Positions 14,781 to 25,628 of a DNA stretch of 64,000 nucleotides are shown here, piece by piece; the first letter of the stretch is position 1; each line of letters opens with the position of its first letter. The notes under the pieces are model-generated. The model made no database searches, had not been told where the DNA came from, and saw nothing but the letters and a program-made list of their open reading frames with translations. This stretch comes from a virus. The stretch lies in the IMG/VR virus record IMGVR_UViG_3300028569_002801, positions 1 to 64,000 of that record; one strand, 5' to 3'. The position numbers were made by a program, and so were the translations under genes.

Positions 14781-15989
14781 TTAATTATGTCTCATTACGT
14801 GATACCACTTACCATTTACCATATATTCATCGTCATTTCCATCGTATCCGTTTAAAATATTACCGTAACCATCATTACTTATAATGTCTTCACAAACACC
14901 ATCAATATCAACAAATTCTAAAAGATATTTATCATCAAATCCGTTATCCTTTAAATAACCTGGGAAATCATTAGAATAATCATCGACAAGTGATTGTATT
15001 CTATCTTCAATTTCATCCTCACTATAATCACCTTCAGGGTTTTCTTTTATTTCTTCAACAATATCTTCAATATTTGATATTTCGTCTTCAATTTCTTCAG
15101 TTTCTTCGTCTGTTAATTCTTCGTTTTCTAATCTATAATTTAACCTTTCTAATTTTTGTTCATATATTTCAACATATTTTTCTTGTTGTGATGAAAGTTC
15201 TTTTGTTATATCCCAATTTTCAGGATCACTTATTACATAATCTTCGTAATAATCATATAACCAAGACTCAACTTGTTTAGTATCTAAATTATTTTCCCAA
15301 ACCAAAGGTTGGAACGATTCATAACCCGAATGATCTATTTGTTGTTTTAATGCTTCAGTTGCTGCGGAGTGAATTTTGTCATCAGGTATCACGATCCATT
15401 CACTTTCAAACATATCATCTCCTAACCATTCAAACATTGATGTATTTCCATAGGATTTGTACTTAGTTTTCCAAATAAAATATTTATCTTCTTCTACTTC
15501 TTCCCCTTCGTCATTTTCATATTTACTTACATTACCATTTTCATTTAAATGCATAAAGAGTGCTTCAGTTTCATTTGATTCTTCATCATTATGATTAACG
15601 TCCCATTCACCTTCTTGTCTGTACCCATCAAGAGTGGCTAACTTTTGATTTAAAATTCTCTTTTTTTCTATACTGTGCATTGTACTGTACCAATAACTAA
15701 ATCTACCCTTAACTTTATTTTTATCAAAATAAGATATATTTGTACTATCAATACTTAAACTACCATCAACATAATCAATACTATCAATATTTGATATGTC
15801 TTTATGTCCATTTAAGTCTAAGTCACCAGTAATTCTAATTTTTTTACCGTTATAATCAGGTAGTCTTTTTATTATTGCTCCGTTACCATTAACATATGTT
15901 AAAATATCCACATAATATTCAGGTGAAACATCAGCCCATTCCTCATCCTGTTCGTTTAAAACCCTTCTAATTATATTTTTTAAATTCAT
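14781..15989 (-). CDS. very acidic hypothetical protein with shared N-terminal motif
   Basis: MNLKNIIRRVLNEQ; D/E-rich body. Confidence 0.8.
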   Translation of the reverse strand: MNLKNIIRRVLNEQDEEWADVSPEYYVDILTYVNGNGAIIKRLPDYNGKKIRITGDLDLNGHKDISNIDSIDYVDGSLSIDSTNISYFDKNKVKGRFSYWYSTMHSIEKKRILNQKLATLDGYRQEGEWDVNHNDEESNETEALFMHLNENGNVSKYENDEGEEVEEDKYFIWKTKYKSYGNTSMFEWLGDDMFESEWIVIPDDKIHSAATEALKQQIDHSGYESFQPLVWENNLDTKQVESWLYDYYEDYVISDPENWDITKELSSQQEKYVEIYEQKLERLNYRLENEELTDEETEEIEDEISNIEDIVEEIKENPEGDYSEDEIEDRIQSLVDDYSNDFPGYLKDNGFDDKYLLEFVDIDGVCEDIISNDGYGNILNGYDGNDDEYMVNGKWYHVMRHN

Positions 15990-16078
15990 ATATTATAAAT
16001 ACTTTCTATTTACAAATGATTCTTTTACTGTTATCAAATATTTATATAAAACATAAACTAATTAAAAAACATTAAGCC

Positions 16079-16231
16079 ATGGGATGCGGATGTAAAAACA
16101 AAAACAACGGTCAACAAGCACAACCAGAAACGACTAACGGAGTTGTAGTTAACACACAACAACAACAAAACAATGAGTCTGTTAAGAGTGCAGTTACAAA
16201 AATTGTTGAAAAATATTACAATAAAAAATAA
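16079..16231 (+). CDS. small MGCGCK protein, 50 aa (not in ORF track)
   Basis: MGCGCKNKNNGQQAQPETTNGVVVNTQQQQNNESVKSAVTKIVEKYYNKK; TATTTATA and A-rich leader upstream. Confidence 0.7.
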   Translation: MGCGCKNKNNGQQAQPETTNGVVVNTQQQQNNESVKSAVTKIVEKYYNKK

Positions 16232-16295
16232 TTACTGTTTAAGGTATTGTTTTTTTTATTTAAGATTGTTTAAAATAAACAATTAAATAAAAACT

Positions 16296-17183
16296 ATGAT
16301 CACAGTAAACGTTTACAACTTCTTAGATGGTGTTAACCTTTGCAATATTTTCGCAAATTTAATAGTCTTAAATATAAAAGAATTAGTTCCTGACGCAAAA
16401 ACTGAAATTACAGTTATAAACGTCAGGAATTTTTTTATTATAAAAGGACAAACTACTTGTGAAACACTTATTAATATTGCAGAACTATTCCAAAATTACT
16501 TAAACCTGTATGATGAAGAATTATCAAAAAAAATAAGAGTATTTGATATGGTATTATACGGTAAACAATTTGACGATTTGCCGTTAAATATTTCACATAA
16601 AGAAGTTAAATCTGAATCTGAAAAAATTATTAATCTACAAAAGTTTATTAACGGATTTGCAAAAAATAAAATCTACTTTAACATCAAAGTAGATGAACAA
16701 TCTAAACTACTATTTTTTGATTGTACCGATAACCAATACAACGAGATAAAGTTAATTCTTGACAAACACTTTGATGGTTACGAATACATTAAACACGACT
16801 TTTCAAATGAGATTTATGTTTCAGAAAAATTGTATGGGTTATCGATGCATAATGAAAAACCATATTTATTTTTATTAAAGTTCATAACAGATCATTTATT
16901 TAAATTAGGAATAAGTAAAGAAATTGATTTATCAATTAATACTAATTTAAATACGTTGGATTTGAATAACGAGACAATTAATCTTAAAATTAAAAATCTT
17001 AATCACATTGTTAATAAAGATTGGTTAGAATCTTTAGTCATGGATGTATTTCCTTTTGACTTACCAACATTAAAAGATAAATTTAAAGATTGTGAGAATT
17101 TAATTAATCTTATTGTTGAATGTAATTTAGAAGATTATTCATTATCCGATTTATCGGTAAGACATGAAATGATTTTAATCTAA
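16296..17183 (+). CDS. degenerate S-adenosylmethionine synthetase (MetK)-like protein
   Basis: NLCNIFANLIV...PDAKTEITV......IIKGQTT aligns by eye with MetK DKICDQISDAIL...PKARVACET......VGGEITT; catalytic motifs absent. Confidence 0.45.
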   Translation: MITVNVYNFLDGVNLCNIFANLIVLNIKELVPDAKTEITVINVRNFFIIKGQTTCETLINIAELFQNYLNLYDEELSKKIRVFDMVLYGKQFDDLPLNISHKEVKSESEKIINLQKFINGFAKNKIYFNIKVDEQSKLLFFDCTDNQYNEIKLILDKHFDGYEYIKHDFSNEIYVSEKLYGLSMHNEKPYLFLLKFITDHLFKLGISKEIDLSINTNLNTLDLNNETINLKIKNLNHIVNKDWLESLVMDVFPFDLPTLKDKFKDCENLINLIVECNLEDYSLSDLSVRHEMILI

Positions 17184-17462
17184 AAGATATTCTTTAACCA
17201 TTTTAACGCCCTCGTAGATGTCTTGATAGTCTCTATCGGGGGCTAATAATTTAACATTACTTGTTTCATCATTTTCCCCTATGGTTAATAACATAAGTGC
17301 AGGAACATACTCGTTATTAGTGATTTTAGTAAATTCATCATACTCCTCCTCAAATTCGTCAATATCTCTTTCAATGAATAGAATATTATTTTTTGTTAAT
17401 TCTTCTTTAATATGTGTACAATGTGGACATCCATTCATTGTATAGACAACAGTAACTTTCAT
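17175..17462 (-). CDS. glutaredoxin-like protein
   Basis: VYTMNGCPHC, ERDID, YVPAL. Confidence 0.9.
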   Translation of the reverse strand: MKVTVVYTMNGCPHCTHIKEELTKNNILFIERDIDEFEEEYDEFTKITNNEYVPALMLLTIGENDETSNVKLLAPDRDYQDIYEGVKMVKEYLLD

Positions 17463-17464
17463 AA

Positions 17465-17803
17465 TTAATTAATTGTATAAAATTTTTTCAAACCATTTAT
17501 AAGTAGTGTGAATGTTTGATCTTCAACACCATCATTTAATATATATAGTTTATATACATTTTCATCTTTATTTCTGTCATAATAAACTATTAACTTACCG
17601 TATTCTATCACCCCCTCAATATCAATAGTAAAATCAGATAATAATATTTTATTATACCACAATCTTTTATTTTTTACCATTAACGTTTTTAACCCATCAT
17701 ATGTTATATTTCTAAGTCTAGTTATGGAAGGGTAATTTTCATATTTTTTTAAAAATATATTAATAACGTGTTCAGGTATAGTATTTTCTTTTTTTTCTTC
17801 CAT
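17465..17803 (-). CDS. hypothetical protein
   Basis: 112-aa ORF in operon. Confidence 0.65.
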   Translation of the reverse strand: MEEKKENTIPEHVINIFLKKYENYPSITRLRNITYDGLKTLMVKNKRLWYNKILLSDFTIDIEGVIEYGKLIVYYDRNKDENVYKLYILNDGVEDQTFTLLINGLKKFYTIN

Positions 17804-17805
17804 TT

Positions 17806-19476
17806 TTAAGGTAAATCTTCAAATAAATAATAATTAGGTTCATTTTCTAGTAAAGAGTTATCATCACTCCACACAGGATACATATTTCTAATTTTATCTT
17901 CATCTTTAAACTCTGCAAAAGATTTAATGGTTTTACCGTTTGGAAATCTTTTTGACATTTCGGGTAATTTAATCATACCTTTAGTATAAAGATAGTTTGC
18001 AAACCCTTCCAACTCGTGAATCGGTGACAACCATTCTTCTGATAACCCTTTATTATATTTACCTAATTTCTGAACCACTTTAAGTCCGTCAACCCCATAT
18101 CTGAACTCAATACTCGCTCTCTTATCTCCTGTTACACTACCGTTTCTTAAAGAAACAATAAAACAGTAAGGCACCTCACTATATGTTCTTACACAGTTAC
18201 TTTGTACCATAGATTCACCTTCATATTGTTCTGTAGTTTTTAATAATACAGGATAATACGTTTCACCATTATGGTTAATTGGTTTTTCAATCAAATACGA
18301 ATCCTCTCCATAAAATCTTGTAACAACCCCTGAACGATATGATTGAACAAGTGTCGACCACTCTGAGTGTTCTTTTACATAATCATCATAGTTTGTTGCT
18401 GTAATTTTAACAAATTCTCCATACTTTTTTAAAGACTCTTTATATTGAAGATGATCATTTAAAGAATTTAATAAGGTTTCTGATGTTGTTGTATTTAATA
18501 TTTTAGAAATATTTTTAATTTCTTTTTTATTAATATTTAAAATATCCACACCGTTATACCCATAATGTTCAACCCCAAGTTTACTTTCAGTCAAAAATGA
18601 TTCATTATTAATCGTATTAAATAAGTCTTGGTCAAATAACCTATAAAAAGTGATAATACCATTTAAATCAATATTATTATATCTATTCAATAGTTCTCTG
18701 ATTTTAGTCCCTTTAAACTCATTTTTATTCATAAACCAAGTAACTAAATTATTTCCATGATCTCTAATTTCTTTTTTAGGGGTGTAAAATGTCTTGAACT
18801 TTGAAAAAGCGTCAGGGTATTTAATACCTGAAAATTTAAGGTACAGTTGGTAAAACTTATCGTTGTTGTCTAATTCAGTGTCAAATTTAGTTCCCGTTCT
18901 TTCTGCAACTAGATTTAGAAACGTAGTAATTACCTCATCTGTAAGTCTTATATTATCACCTTCTTTAGATGTCATATAAAAATACATCATGTTGTTATAT
19001 ATCGATAAATTACGTAAATCCGTTTTATGTATAGACATTTTAGAACTAATTTTAACTTTCTTTTTAAGTTTAAGTTCACCGGAATAAAAAGTTTTTCTTT
19101 TAATATTAAATGTCAGGTAATTAATTTCCTTTCTAGTTCTAAAAAACTTTTTTGATACGTCTCTATAATTATTGTATGAATAAAACTTTAACGCTATTTT
19201 ATTTTCATTCTCTTCAATCACCAAAGTCTTTCTTTTCATATGTACTTCAGCAAATGGGTTTCCGTAGTTTTCTAAAAAAACAGTTTCATCGTGTGATTTA
19301 AGTTTTAATTTAAATACCCCTTGAGGTCTATAACTTACTTCTGTATTTTGAAAATCTAAAATATTAAAAATGTCATGCGTTTCGCTTTTTTTATTTTTAA
19401 TTTCATTAAAATTTTCAAAAATTTCAGTTGTATATATAACGTCTTGTACTTTAAACAAGTTTGTCATTTCAGACAT
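17806..19476 (-). CDS. PcfJ-like domain protein
   Basis: C-terminal ESMVQSNCVRTY...IVSLR...ASIEFR...VVQKLGKYNK. Confidence 0.7.
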   Translation of the reverse strand: MSEMTNLFKVQDVIYTTEIFENFNEIKNKKSETHDIFNILDFQNTEVSYRPQGVFKLKLKSHDETVFLENYGNPFAEVHMKRKTLVIEENENKIALKFYSYNNYRDVSKKFFRTRKEINYLTFNIKRKTFYSGELKLKKKVKISSKMSIHKTDLRNLSIYNNMMYFYMTSKEGDNIRLTDEVITTFLNLVAERTGTKFDTELDNNDKFYQLYLKFSGIKYPDAFSKFKTFYTPKKEIRDHGNNLVTWFMNKNEFKGTKIRELLNRYNNIDLNGIITFYRLFDQDLFNTINNESFLTESKLGVEHYGYNGVDILNINKKEIKNISKILNTTTSETLLNSLNDHLQYKESLKKYGEFVKITATNYDDYVKEHSEWSTLVQSYRSGVVTRFYGEDSYLIEKPINHNGETYYPVLLKTTEQYEGESMVQSNCVRTYSEVPYCFIVSLRNGSVTGDKRASIEFRYGVDGLKVVQKLGKYNKGLSEEWLSPIHELEGFANYLYTKGMIKLPEMSKRFPNGKTIKSFAEFKDEDKIRNMYPVWSDDNSLLENEPNYYLFEDLP

Positions 19477-19497
19477 AAAAATAATATTATAAGGTTA

Positions 19498-19788
19498 CTA
19501 ATTCAAATAAATAAATCCCATATGATGTTCCATAAATGGGATTAGTCTTTTTTCTACGGTTTCTTTTGTACCACCATTTAAATCCACAATTAAAATTAAG
19601 ATTTGTTTTCTTGTTGGTTCAAGTGGTGAGTCTTCTTTTTTGGTATTTTCCTCAACAATGGATCTAACACCGTCAAAGAATTTTTCAGGGTTAACGTCTC
19701 CTATTAACATTTTTAATTGCTGGGGGTTCTTATCAAAGAACCCCTTAAATTGTGTCATATAAATATCAATGTCAACACTCATTATCAA
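19498..19788 (-). CDS. hypothetical protein
   Basis: 96-aa ORF. Confidence 0.7.
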   Translation of the reverse strand: MIMSVDIDIYMTQFKGFFDKNPQQLKMLIGDVNPEKFFDGVRSIVEENTKKEDSPLEPTRKQILILIVDLNGGTKETVEKRLIPFMEHHMGFIYLN

Positions 19789-19839
19789 TACATTTAAAGT
19801 TTATCAAAAATACGTATTATTCTTGACGTACACAACTCT

Positions 19840-21207
19840 TTAAGCAAATAAATGGAAATTATCGTCCTGATCTATTTTTTGTTTTAATGAATCAGGGATA
19901 ACACTACTCGCATTACTATTTTTCAAGTTGATTACAGTCAATCTAGGAAGGTTTGCAAGACAACTTGGTAACATTTGTAGTCCTGGGTTATCAGGTAATG
20001 AAAGGAATTGTAATTTGTCAAGATTACAAATCGATTCAGGGAATTTACTAACACACCCAACTAAATGTAATGCTGTTAAATTTTTAAATTTACCAATACT
20101 TTCAGGAATGTTTAATGATATATCAGCGCCACCTTTTTTAACAAACTCAAGTCTTTCAATGTTTTCAGGTAAAGTTTCAAAAAACTCCTCAAAACCATAT
20201 AGTGCAATGAATTTAGATGCCGAATCGCTAGGGTAGTTAACGGATACTTTAGTTCCTCCTTTAGATGCCAATCCTGACATAAACTCAGGTTTAAAGTATT
20301 CTTTAAGTCCTGGCTCTTGCTGATTCAAGAACTCTACCAAATCAATATTTCTATCGTCAGGTGTCATAAACTGATTAGATGGGAAGTGGAATTGGATTCT
20401 GTATGCTGGAAGTCCAGATTCTTCACCAATATCCATACTACCTGTAAATTTACGTGGTGAATTAGGAATAACAACATATAAAGGTCCGTCTTTGATGTAT
20501 CTATCAAACCAAGTTAAACCTGGAGAGGATGTACACCATCTTGTTTCACCTCTTTGTGGTTCTTTAAAGTTTCCACCATAGAAACAAGCCGCGTTTTTAC
20601 CTAATTGTCCTTGATCTGAAATACGAGCAACTGTCCACTCAGATCCACGATAAACGATATCAGCACCAGGGTGTTTGTATGTTGTGGACGCCTCAATCTT
20701 CTCGTCTTTAGTTGCTCTAGTTTTTTCTAATGAGAAATCTTTAACTTTATCATAAAGAGTTTCAGGTGTCAACTTATTAATATCTCTATATTCTTGTGGT
20801 AACCTTCCTTTAAATTTTTCATACTTGATTAAGTCACCTGTAACCTTATAAAGGTCTTCTAAAAATTGTGCTTGGTATTGTTTAATTAACTGTTTTGCTG
20901 CAGGACTATTCGGATCAGAAATCCCACTATCCGACTCAATCTTAGGTGTTGTAAAGTTTTTAAGTAACCATTGAACATATTTTCCAATTTTTACTTTCTC
21001 CATATCTTCTGGTTTTGCTGTTTCCGCAGTCATACCTTCAGGTACTCTTGAAGTGGGGTCAGCAGCAATGATTTCAAATAATGTAGGGAACGGCATTAAA
21101 GCCTTTCTTGTTTCCTTGTTTGGATTTACATATTTGTCAAATAAGATTTGGAATCTTGAACTTTCAATAATCAAATCTCTTAGGATGTTCGTAAATTTAA
21201 TCGCCAT
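19840..21207 (-). CDS. protein with TRWCTS domain and C-terminal leucine-rich repeats
   Basis: IPESIGKFKNLTALHL / FPESICNLDKLQFLSL / LPSCLANLPRLTVINL. Confidence 0.8.
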   Translation of the reverse strand: MAIKFTNILRDLIIESSRFQILFDKYVNPNKETRKALMPFPTLFEIIAADPTSRVPEGMTAETAKPEDMEKVKIGKYVQWLLKNFTTPKIESDSGISDPNSPAAKQLIKQYQAQFLEDLYKVTGDLIKYEKFKGRLPQEYRDINKLTPETLYDKVKDFSLEKTRATKDEKIEASTTYKHPGADIVYRGSEWTVARISDQGQLGKNAACFYGGNFKEPQRGETRWCTSSPGLTWFDRYIKDGPLYVVIPNSPRKFTGSMDIGEESGLPAYRIQFHFPSNQFMTPDDRNIDLVEFLNQQEPGLKEYFKPEFMSGLASKGGTKVSVNYPSDSASKFIALYGFEEFFETLPENIERLEFVKKGGADISLNIPESIGKFKNLTALHLVGCVSKFPESICNLDKLQFLSLPDNPGLQMLPSCLANLPRLTVINLKNSNASSVIPDSLKQKIDQDDNFHLFA

Positions 21208-21255
21208 TTTAAATAGTTTTATTAATAAATATCACAAATATAAGAAAAATATTCT

Positions 21256-22095
21256 TTAATAGTTCATTATTAATAGTTCTTCCCCCATATTTTGTTTTGT
21301 TCCTTTTTTTGCTGCTGCGGCTTTTGCGAATTCTTTTTTAACCCAAGTATATTGTTCTTCAGGGAACCATTCGTGAAGAAGTTCAAAATCATAGTAAGAT
21401 AAACTAAATTTACCTTTAACTTCTTTTAATGTATTTGCAAGTCTTTCGTGATCTTGTCTATCAAAATCATGATTGGAGTAATAATTTTCTGTTTTCCAAT
21501 ACGGTGGATCTAAATAGATATATGTTGTTGGTGAGTCGTACTTTTTAATTACGTCAGCAAAATCCATATTTTCAACTTCAGTGATTTTTAAAAAGTACTC
21601 AACCCAATCAGGTTTCATTAACTTATCTCGGAATGTTAAGTATTTTGATTTGTACTTACCTTTTAAATCAATGAATGAACTTTTTTCAGGTTTAGAACCA
21701 CTAAACACTTGTGTTAAAACATATACGTATTTGGCGGCAACATCATAATTACCAGGTTCTACGCTGAAACCTTCACTAAAAATTTCAGCCTGAAACCTTA
21801 TAAACTGTTCTTTGTAGATTGGTGGTGTAGGTTCCTCACCAAATTTCTGACAATCAATATCATTAATCGCCTTCAACAATTCACTAGGATTTTGAACACA
21901 TTTAAATAGATTATAATTTAACGGATTAAAGTCGTTGTAAACAACTTTCTTTAGGTTTGGGTACTGTTTTAAATCCATATTAAAGAAACACCAAAACATC
22001 CCTCCAAATGTTTCCACATACGTTTCCATATCTTTATTGTAGAAAGGGACAATCCACTTTCCAATTTTACTTTTTCCTCCAATATAACTTAACAT
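21256..22095 (-). CDS. DNA adenine methyltransferase (Dam/D12 class)
   Basis: YIGGKSK, YVETFGG, YNDFN, YLDPPY, EELLIMNY. Confidence 0.92.
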   Translation of the reverse strand: MLSYIGGKSKIGKWIVPFYNKDMETYVETFGGMFWCFFNMDLKQYPNLKKVVYNDFNPLNYNLFKCVQNPSELLKAINDIDCQKFGEEPTPPIYKEQFIRFQAEIFSEGFSVEPGNYDVAAKYVYVLTQVFSGSKPEKSSFIDLKGKYKSKYLTFRDKLMKPDWVEYFLKITEVENMDFADVIKKYDSPTTYIYLDPPYWKTENYYSNHDFDRQDHERLANTLKEVKGKFSLSYYDFELLHEWFPEEQYTWVKKEFAKAAAAKKGTKQNMGEELLIMNY

Positions 22096-22154
22096 AATAC
22101 AAATATAGTTTTTTAAATATTTATTTTCAACCCCTTTATAATTAAAATATAACT

Positions 22155-22313
22155 ATGGAAACTAAAAAAGCAACACAAGTTAAAGGATGTAAACAATGTA
22201 AAAAAGGTTTAAACTTAACGCAAAAATCATTAATTGTGGTATCTATCTACATGTTATTTGCCGCAATATACGGAACAGTAGAAATAATAAAAGATTTAAG
22301 TAACCTCTTTTAA
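22155..22313 (+). CDS. small membrane protein with CxxC, 52 aa (not in ORF track)
   Basis: [52 protein letters not shown]. Confidence 0.55.
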   Translation: METKKATQVKGCKQCKKGLNLTQKSLIVVSIYMLFAAIYGTVEIIKDLSNLF

Positions 22314-23285
22314 TAACTCCATTAAACTTTCCTTTACGTCACTAGTTAAAGTATAGTCGTTAGTTATTGTCATTTTAACATAAAAATCACCACTACCTAC
22401 ACCATCTCTATACCCTTTTTTAACTAACCTTAAAGGTTTATCTGAATTTAAATTTTTTGGCATATTAATAATTAAATCCCCATCAGGATGAGGTAAACGT
22501 ATTTGTTTTTCCGTTAATATATCAATGACGTTTAATTTTAAAGAATATACTAAATCCTTACCTATCTTTTCAAAATTATCATGTTTTATTAAATCAACTT
22601 TAATAATTAAATCCCCTCTAACTCCAGTAGTCTTTCCATAATCCCCCTTAGTCGCGATTCTTAAAAAATCCCCGTTATCTACGTTCTTTGGTATGGAAAT
22701 AGCGATTTTTTCTTTTTCTTTTACCATTCCATTACCGTTACATGTGTCACATTTTTTAGTGATTACACTACCTTGTCCTCCACAACCGTTACAAGTGACA
22801 TTAAATATTTGTTGGAACATTCCTGTACCCATTCTTTGCATCACATATCCTTGTCCTGCACACGTACTACAAACCGATCTATTACCCCCATTACCGTCAC
22901 ATGGTTTACAAACTTTTAAATAATCGTATGAAATTTCTTTTTCAATCCCAAAGTATGAATCTATAGGTGTCATTGATATAGAAATGACTTTATCAGGTGA
23001 TCTAGTGTTTTGTCGTCTACCGCCATTTACCATCTCCTCAAAAATACTTTGAGCATCAAAATTACCCCCCCTACCGGCAAATGGGTTATTTTTTCTTTGG
23101 TTATAATGCTGTCTTTTATTTTCATCTCCTAAAATGTCGTAGGCTTCAGCAATATCTTTAAACTTTTCTTCACCTTCAGGGTTTACATCTGGGTGATATT
23201 GTTTACTTAATTTTCTATATGATTTTTTTATTTCATCCTGAGACGCATTTTCTGCAACTCCTAATATTTCGTAATAATTTTTCAT
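22296..23285 (-). CDS. dnaJ: DnaJ chaperone (J domain, Zn finger, C-terminal domain)
   Basis: NYYEILGV...YHPDVN...AYDIL; four CxxCxGxG repeats; GDLII. Confidence 0.95.
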   Translation of the reverse strand: MKNYYEILGVAENASQDEIKKSYRKLSKQYHPDVNPEGEEKFKDIAEAYDILGDENKRQHYNQRKNNPFAGRGGNFDAQSIFEEMVNGGRRQNTRSPDKVISISMTPIDSYFGIEKEISYDYLKVCKPCDGNGGNRSVCSTCAGQGYVMQRMGTGMFQQIFNVTCNGCGGQGSVITKKCDTCNGNGMVKEKEKIAISIPKNVDNGDFLRIATKGDYGKTTGVRGDLIIKVDLIKHDNFEKIGKDLVYSLKLNVIDILTEKQIRLPHPDGDLIINMPKNLNSDKPLRLVKKGYRDGVGSGDFYVKMTITNDYTLTSDVKESLMELLKEVT

Positions 23286-23928
23286 GAACGGGGATTACTT
23301 AATTGTTTTATTTAAAAATAAGAAAAAAAGAAAAATTATCAAATCTTACTTAACTAAAAACACCGCAATTAATAAATTTAATGATATGTTATTAAAAAAT
23401 GATGACATATATTTTGAAAAAGTCATAGAAAATGCGACTCCGTCTAATTATGAATTGGGTTTATTAACAAATAAAACAAAGATACAACAAAGTCTATTTT
23501 TAACAGATGACTTGGGTAGGAATACTCCGGTTAATTTAGAAAATCCGGAATACGTATTTTTAGATATAAAAAAATATAAAGTAGAAGAAACAATTTTTGA
23601 TTGGCAAACACAAAGTAAAATTACTTTTTTAGATTTAATAAAAAAGTACGGTAAAACTAAAAATTTAAAAAGTATTTTTACATTACATAATAAAATTTGT
23701 ATTCAAATAGATGAGGATGTGTCTATTTTTTCATTAAAAGATAAAAACGAATCTGATAGACTTTTAGAATCCTTACAGACATATTTTATTGACAACTCAA
23801 GGGTTGACGCAATATTTGTTAGGGACATATCATCAGCACAAAGGAAATGGATATATAAGGTTTTAGAGGATAAAGGATTTGATAAAAAAAGGTTATATAG
23901 GTTAAAAACTACTTTTTCAAAAAGATAA
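23284..23928 (+). CDS. hypothetical protein
   Basis: 214-aa ORF divergent from dnaJ. Confidence 0.7.
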   Translation: MNGDYLIVLFKNKKKRKIIKSYLTKNTAINKFNDMLLKNDDIYFEKVIENATPSNYELGLLTNKTKIQQSLFLTDDLGRNTPVNLENPEYVFLDIKKYKVEETIFDWQTQSKITFLDLIKKYGKTKNLKSIFTLHNKICIQIDEDVSIFSLKDKNESDRLLESLQTYFIDNSRVDAIFVRDISSAQRKWIYKVLEDKGFDKKRLYRLKTTFSKR

Positions 23929-24130
23929 ATTCAACATTCCCTATAGAAATAATAGACTTATCATTTTTAATGTCGTTATTTAATTCACGACACATATTAT
24001 CGAAGTCTGTCTCTTTTAACTCAATATTAACTTTGATGTTTTTAGATTCTTTAAAGGTGTCTTCAATGATCTCTACCATTTGAGCCATCTTTATTAATTG
24101 ATTCCTAAAACTCTCTTCATTCGTTCCCAT
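23909..24130 (-). CDS. hypothetical protein
   Basis: 73-aa ORF. Confidence 0.6.
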   Translation of the reverse strand: MGTNEESFRNQLIKMAQMVEIIEDTFKESKNIKVNIELKETDFDNMCRELNNDIKNDKSIISIGNVEFIFLKK

Positions 24131-24312
24131 ATAGTATATTTTTTTTCAACGAATATGGTGTTTTTTATAACCTCTGGTTTGATTTTTTTAATCTCTTCGC
24201 AAAACCGATTTTTAGAATCGTCATTAAGTTTTTGAGTTAAAGCTCTTTCCTCATTAAGCTGGTTCAGTTGTTTCTGTAACTCCAGTATTGATTTCGTTTG
24301 TTTCATTTTCAA
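24094..24312 (-). CDS. hypothetical protein
   Basis: 72-aa ORF. Confidence 0.6.
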   Translation of the reverse strand: MKMKQTKSILELQKQLNQLNEERALTQKLNDDSKNRFCEEIKKIKPEVIKNTIFVEKKYTIWERMKRVLGIN

Positions 24313-24688
24313 TAAATTTTGTTAGTTCTTCAATATCAAATTTTAAACCTTTAAGGTTTTCTAAATTTTGGTTTTCAAATATACTTTTTAATTCTAGTAC
24401 TTTAGTCTTAAATAGTCTTTCTTTTTCTTCTCTTTCTACGTTAGTTTTAATTACCAAATCTAAAGTATTTTCCAACCCATCAATTAATTCTTTTTTATTT
24501 TCACACACAAATGAAGTAATTTGTTTACCGTCTTGTCCTTCATTTTGAAGTATTTCTACACCGTTTGGGTTGTTTTTTAACATTAACCACGTTGTTGGGA
24601 ATATCATGTCAAAACTTATATAGTTTTTTAATACTCTAACCGATTTAAGGTATTTTGATGTTTTACCTATAAAATTGCTGTATATCAT
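24254..24688 (-). CDS. hypothetical protein
   Basis: 144-aa ORF. Confidence 0.7.
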   Translation of the reverse strand: MIYSNFIGKTSKYLKSVRVLKNYISFDMIFPTTWLMLKNNPNGVEILQNEGQDGKQITSFVCENKKELIDGLENTLDLVIKTNVEREEKERLFKTKVLELKSIFENQNLENLKGLKFDIEELTKFIENETNEINTGVTETTEPA

Positions 24689-24691
24689 TTT

Positions 24692-24880
24692 TTAATATAT
24701 TATATATGTTATTACATAAGAAATAAATAATCCATAGATTACTGTCTCTAATATTGTCATTTCAAAAGGTTTTGGTGTTTCAGAAAAAATGGCTCTAAGG
24801 AAATTAATCCCTAACCTCAAAAGAGCCATTATTGAGAAAATTAAAATAAAACCAAAAATAGGTATTATATTATTATGCAT
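24692..24880 (-). CDS. small membrane protein
   Basis: Two hydrophobic segments. Confidence 0.65.
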   Translation of the reverse strand: MHNNIIPIFGFILIFSIMALLRLGINFLRAIFSETPKPFEMTILETVIYGLFISYVITYIIY

Positions 24881-25058
24881 CTTTTTCTTCTTTCGTGTGA
24901 TTTAAGATTTCTTTTCTTAAAACTTGCATAAGTTCTTTAATTTCTTGAGCCGCCTTCCTTGCTCTTGTTCCTGCTGATTGATTACCTTTCGTGTAGAATT
25001 TAGTAGTTTCAGCAGATAAAGTCTCAACCAACGTTTTTACTTGTTCTAAAGTGTCCAT
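24873..25058 (-). CDS. histone H1-like / Hc1-family nucleoid protein
   Basis: KFYTKGNQSAGTRARKAAQEIKEL...LRKEI matches the Bacteroidota Hc1-like pattern. Confidence 0.8.
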   Translation of the reverse strand: MDTLEQVKTLVETLSAETTKFYTKGNQSAGTRARKAAQEIKELMQVLRKEILNHTKEEKDA

Positions 25059-25133
25059 TTTTAAAAAAATTATATTTTTATTTTTATTTTTATTATATGA
25101 TATGCATTATAAATTATTTGTAAATAATATACA

Positions 25134-25628
25134 TCAATTTTTAAGTGATCTTTCAAGTACCTTATATATGTCCGTGAAAATTTCAATATCTGATTTTGTT
25201 TTTTTATACTTGTTATCAAAAATTTGTCTAAAAAAAGAATTAATATTATCTTTTATTTTTTGATCCTGTTGGTTATAAAAGACTTCAAAGAAAAAACTTT
25301 CAAAGAACTCGGAGTCATCTTCTTTAAAATTAAATCTTATACTTTCTTTGGTAAAATTTTCAACGGTTTTGTCCCAACACCATTTAAAATGTTTCTTTTT
25401 TTGATCATTAGTCATACCAACCTTTGTTTCTTTATTACTTTCAAAATCATCACCTAAATAAGTGTCATTTAATAAGTTTAAAAAAGATATGCAGAAATCT
25501 CTAAAAAGTTCAGTAAGTTCAGGTATAATATTATTTGCGAGATACCAAGCGGTGATATCTTCTTGGGACATTGGTTTGGCTAACCAATCAAAAAAACGAC
25601 CCATGTTGTTATCTGTGTTCATATACAA
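25134..25628 (-). CDS. hypothetical protein
   Basis: 164-aa ORF; start codons lie inside a long hairpin. Confidence 0.7.
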   Translation of the reverse strand: MYMNTDNNMGRFFDWLAKPMSQEDITAWYLANNIIPELTELFRDFCISFLNLLNDTYLGDDFESNKETKVGMTNDQKKKHFKWCWDKTVENFTKESIRFNFKEDDSEFFESFFFEVFYNQQDQKIKDNINSFFRQIFDNKYKKTKSDIEIFTDIYKVLERSLKN

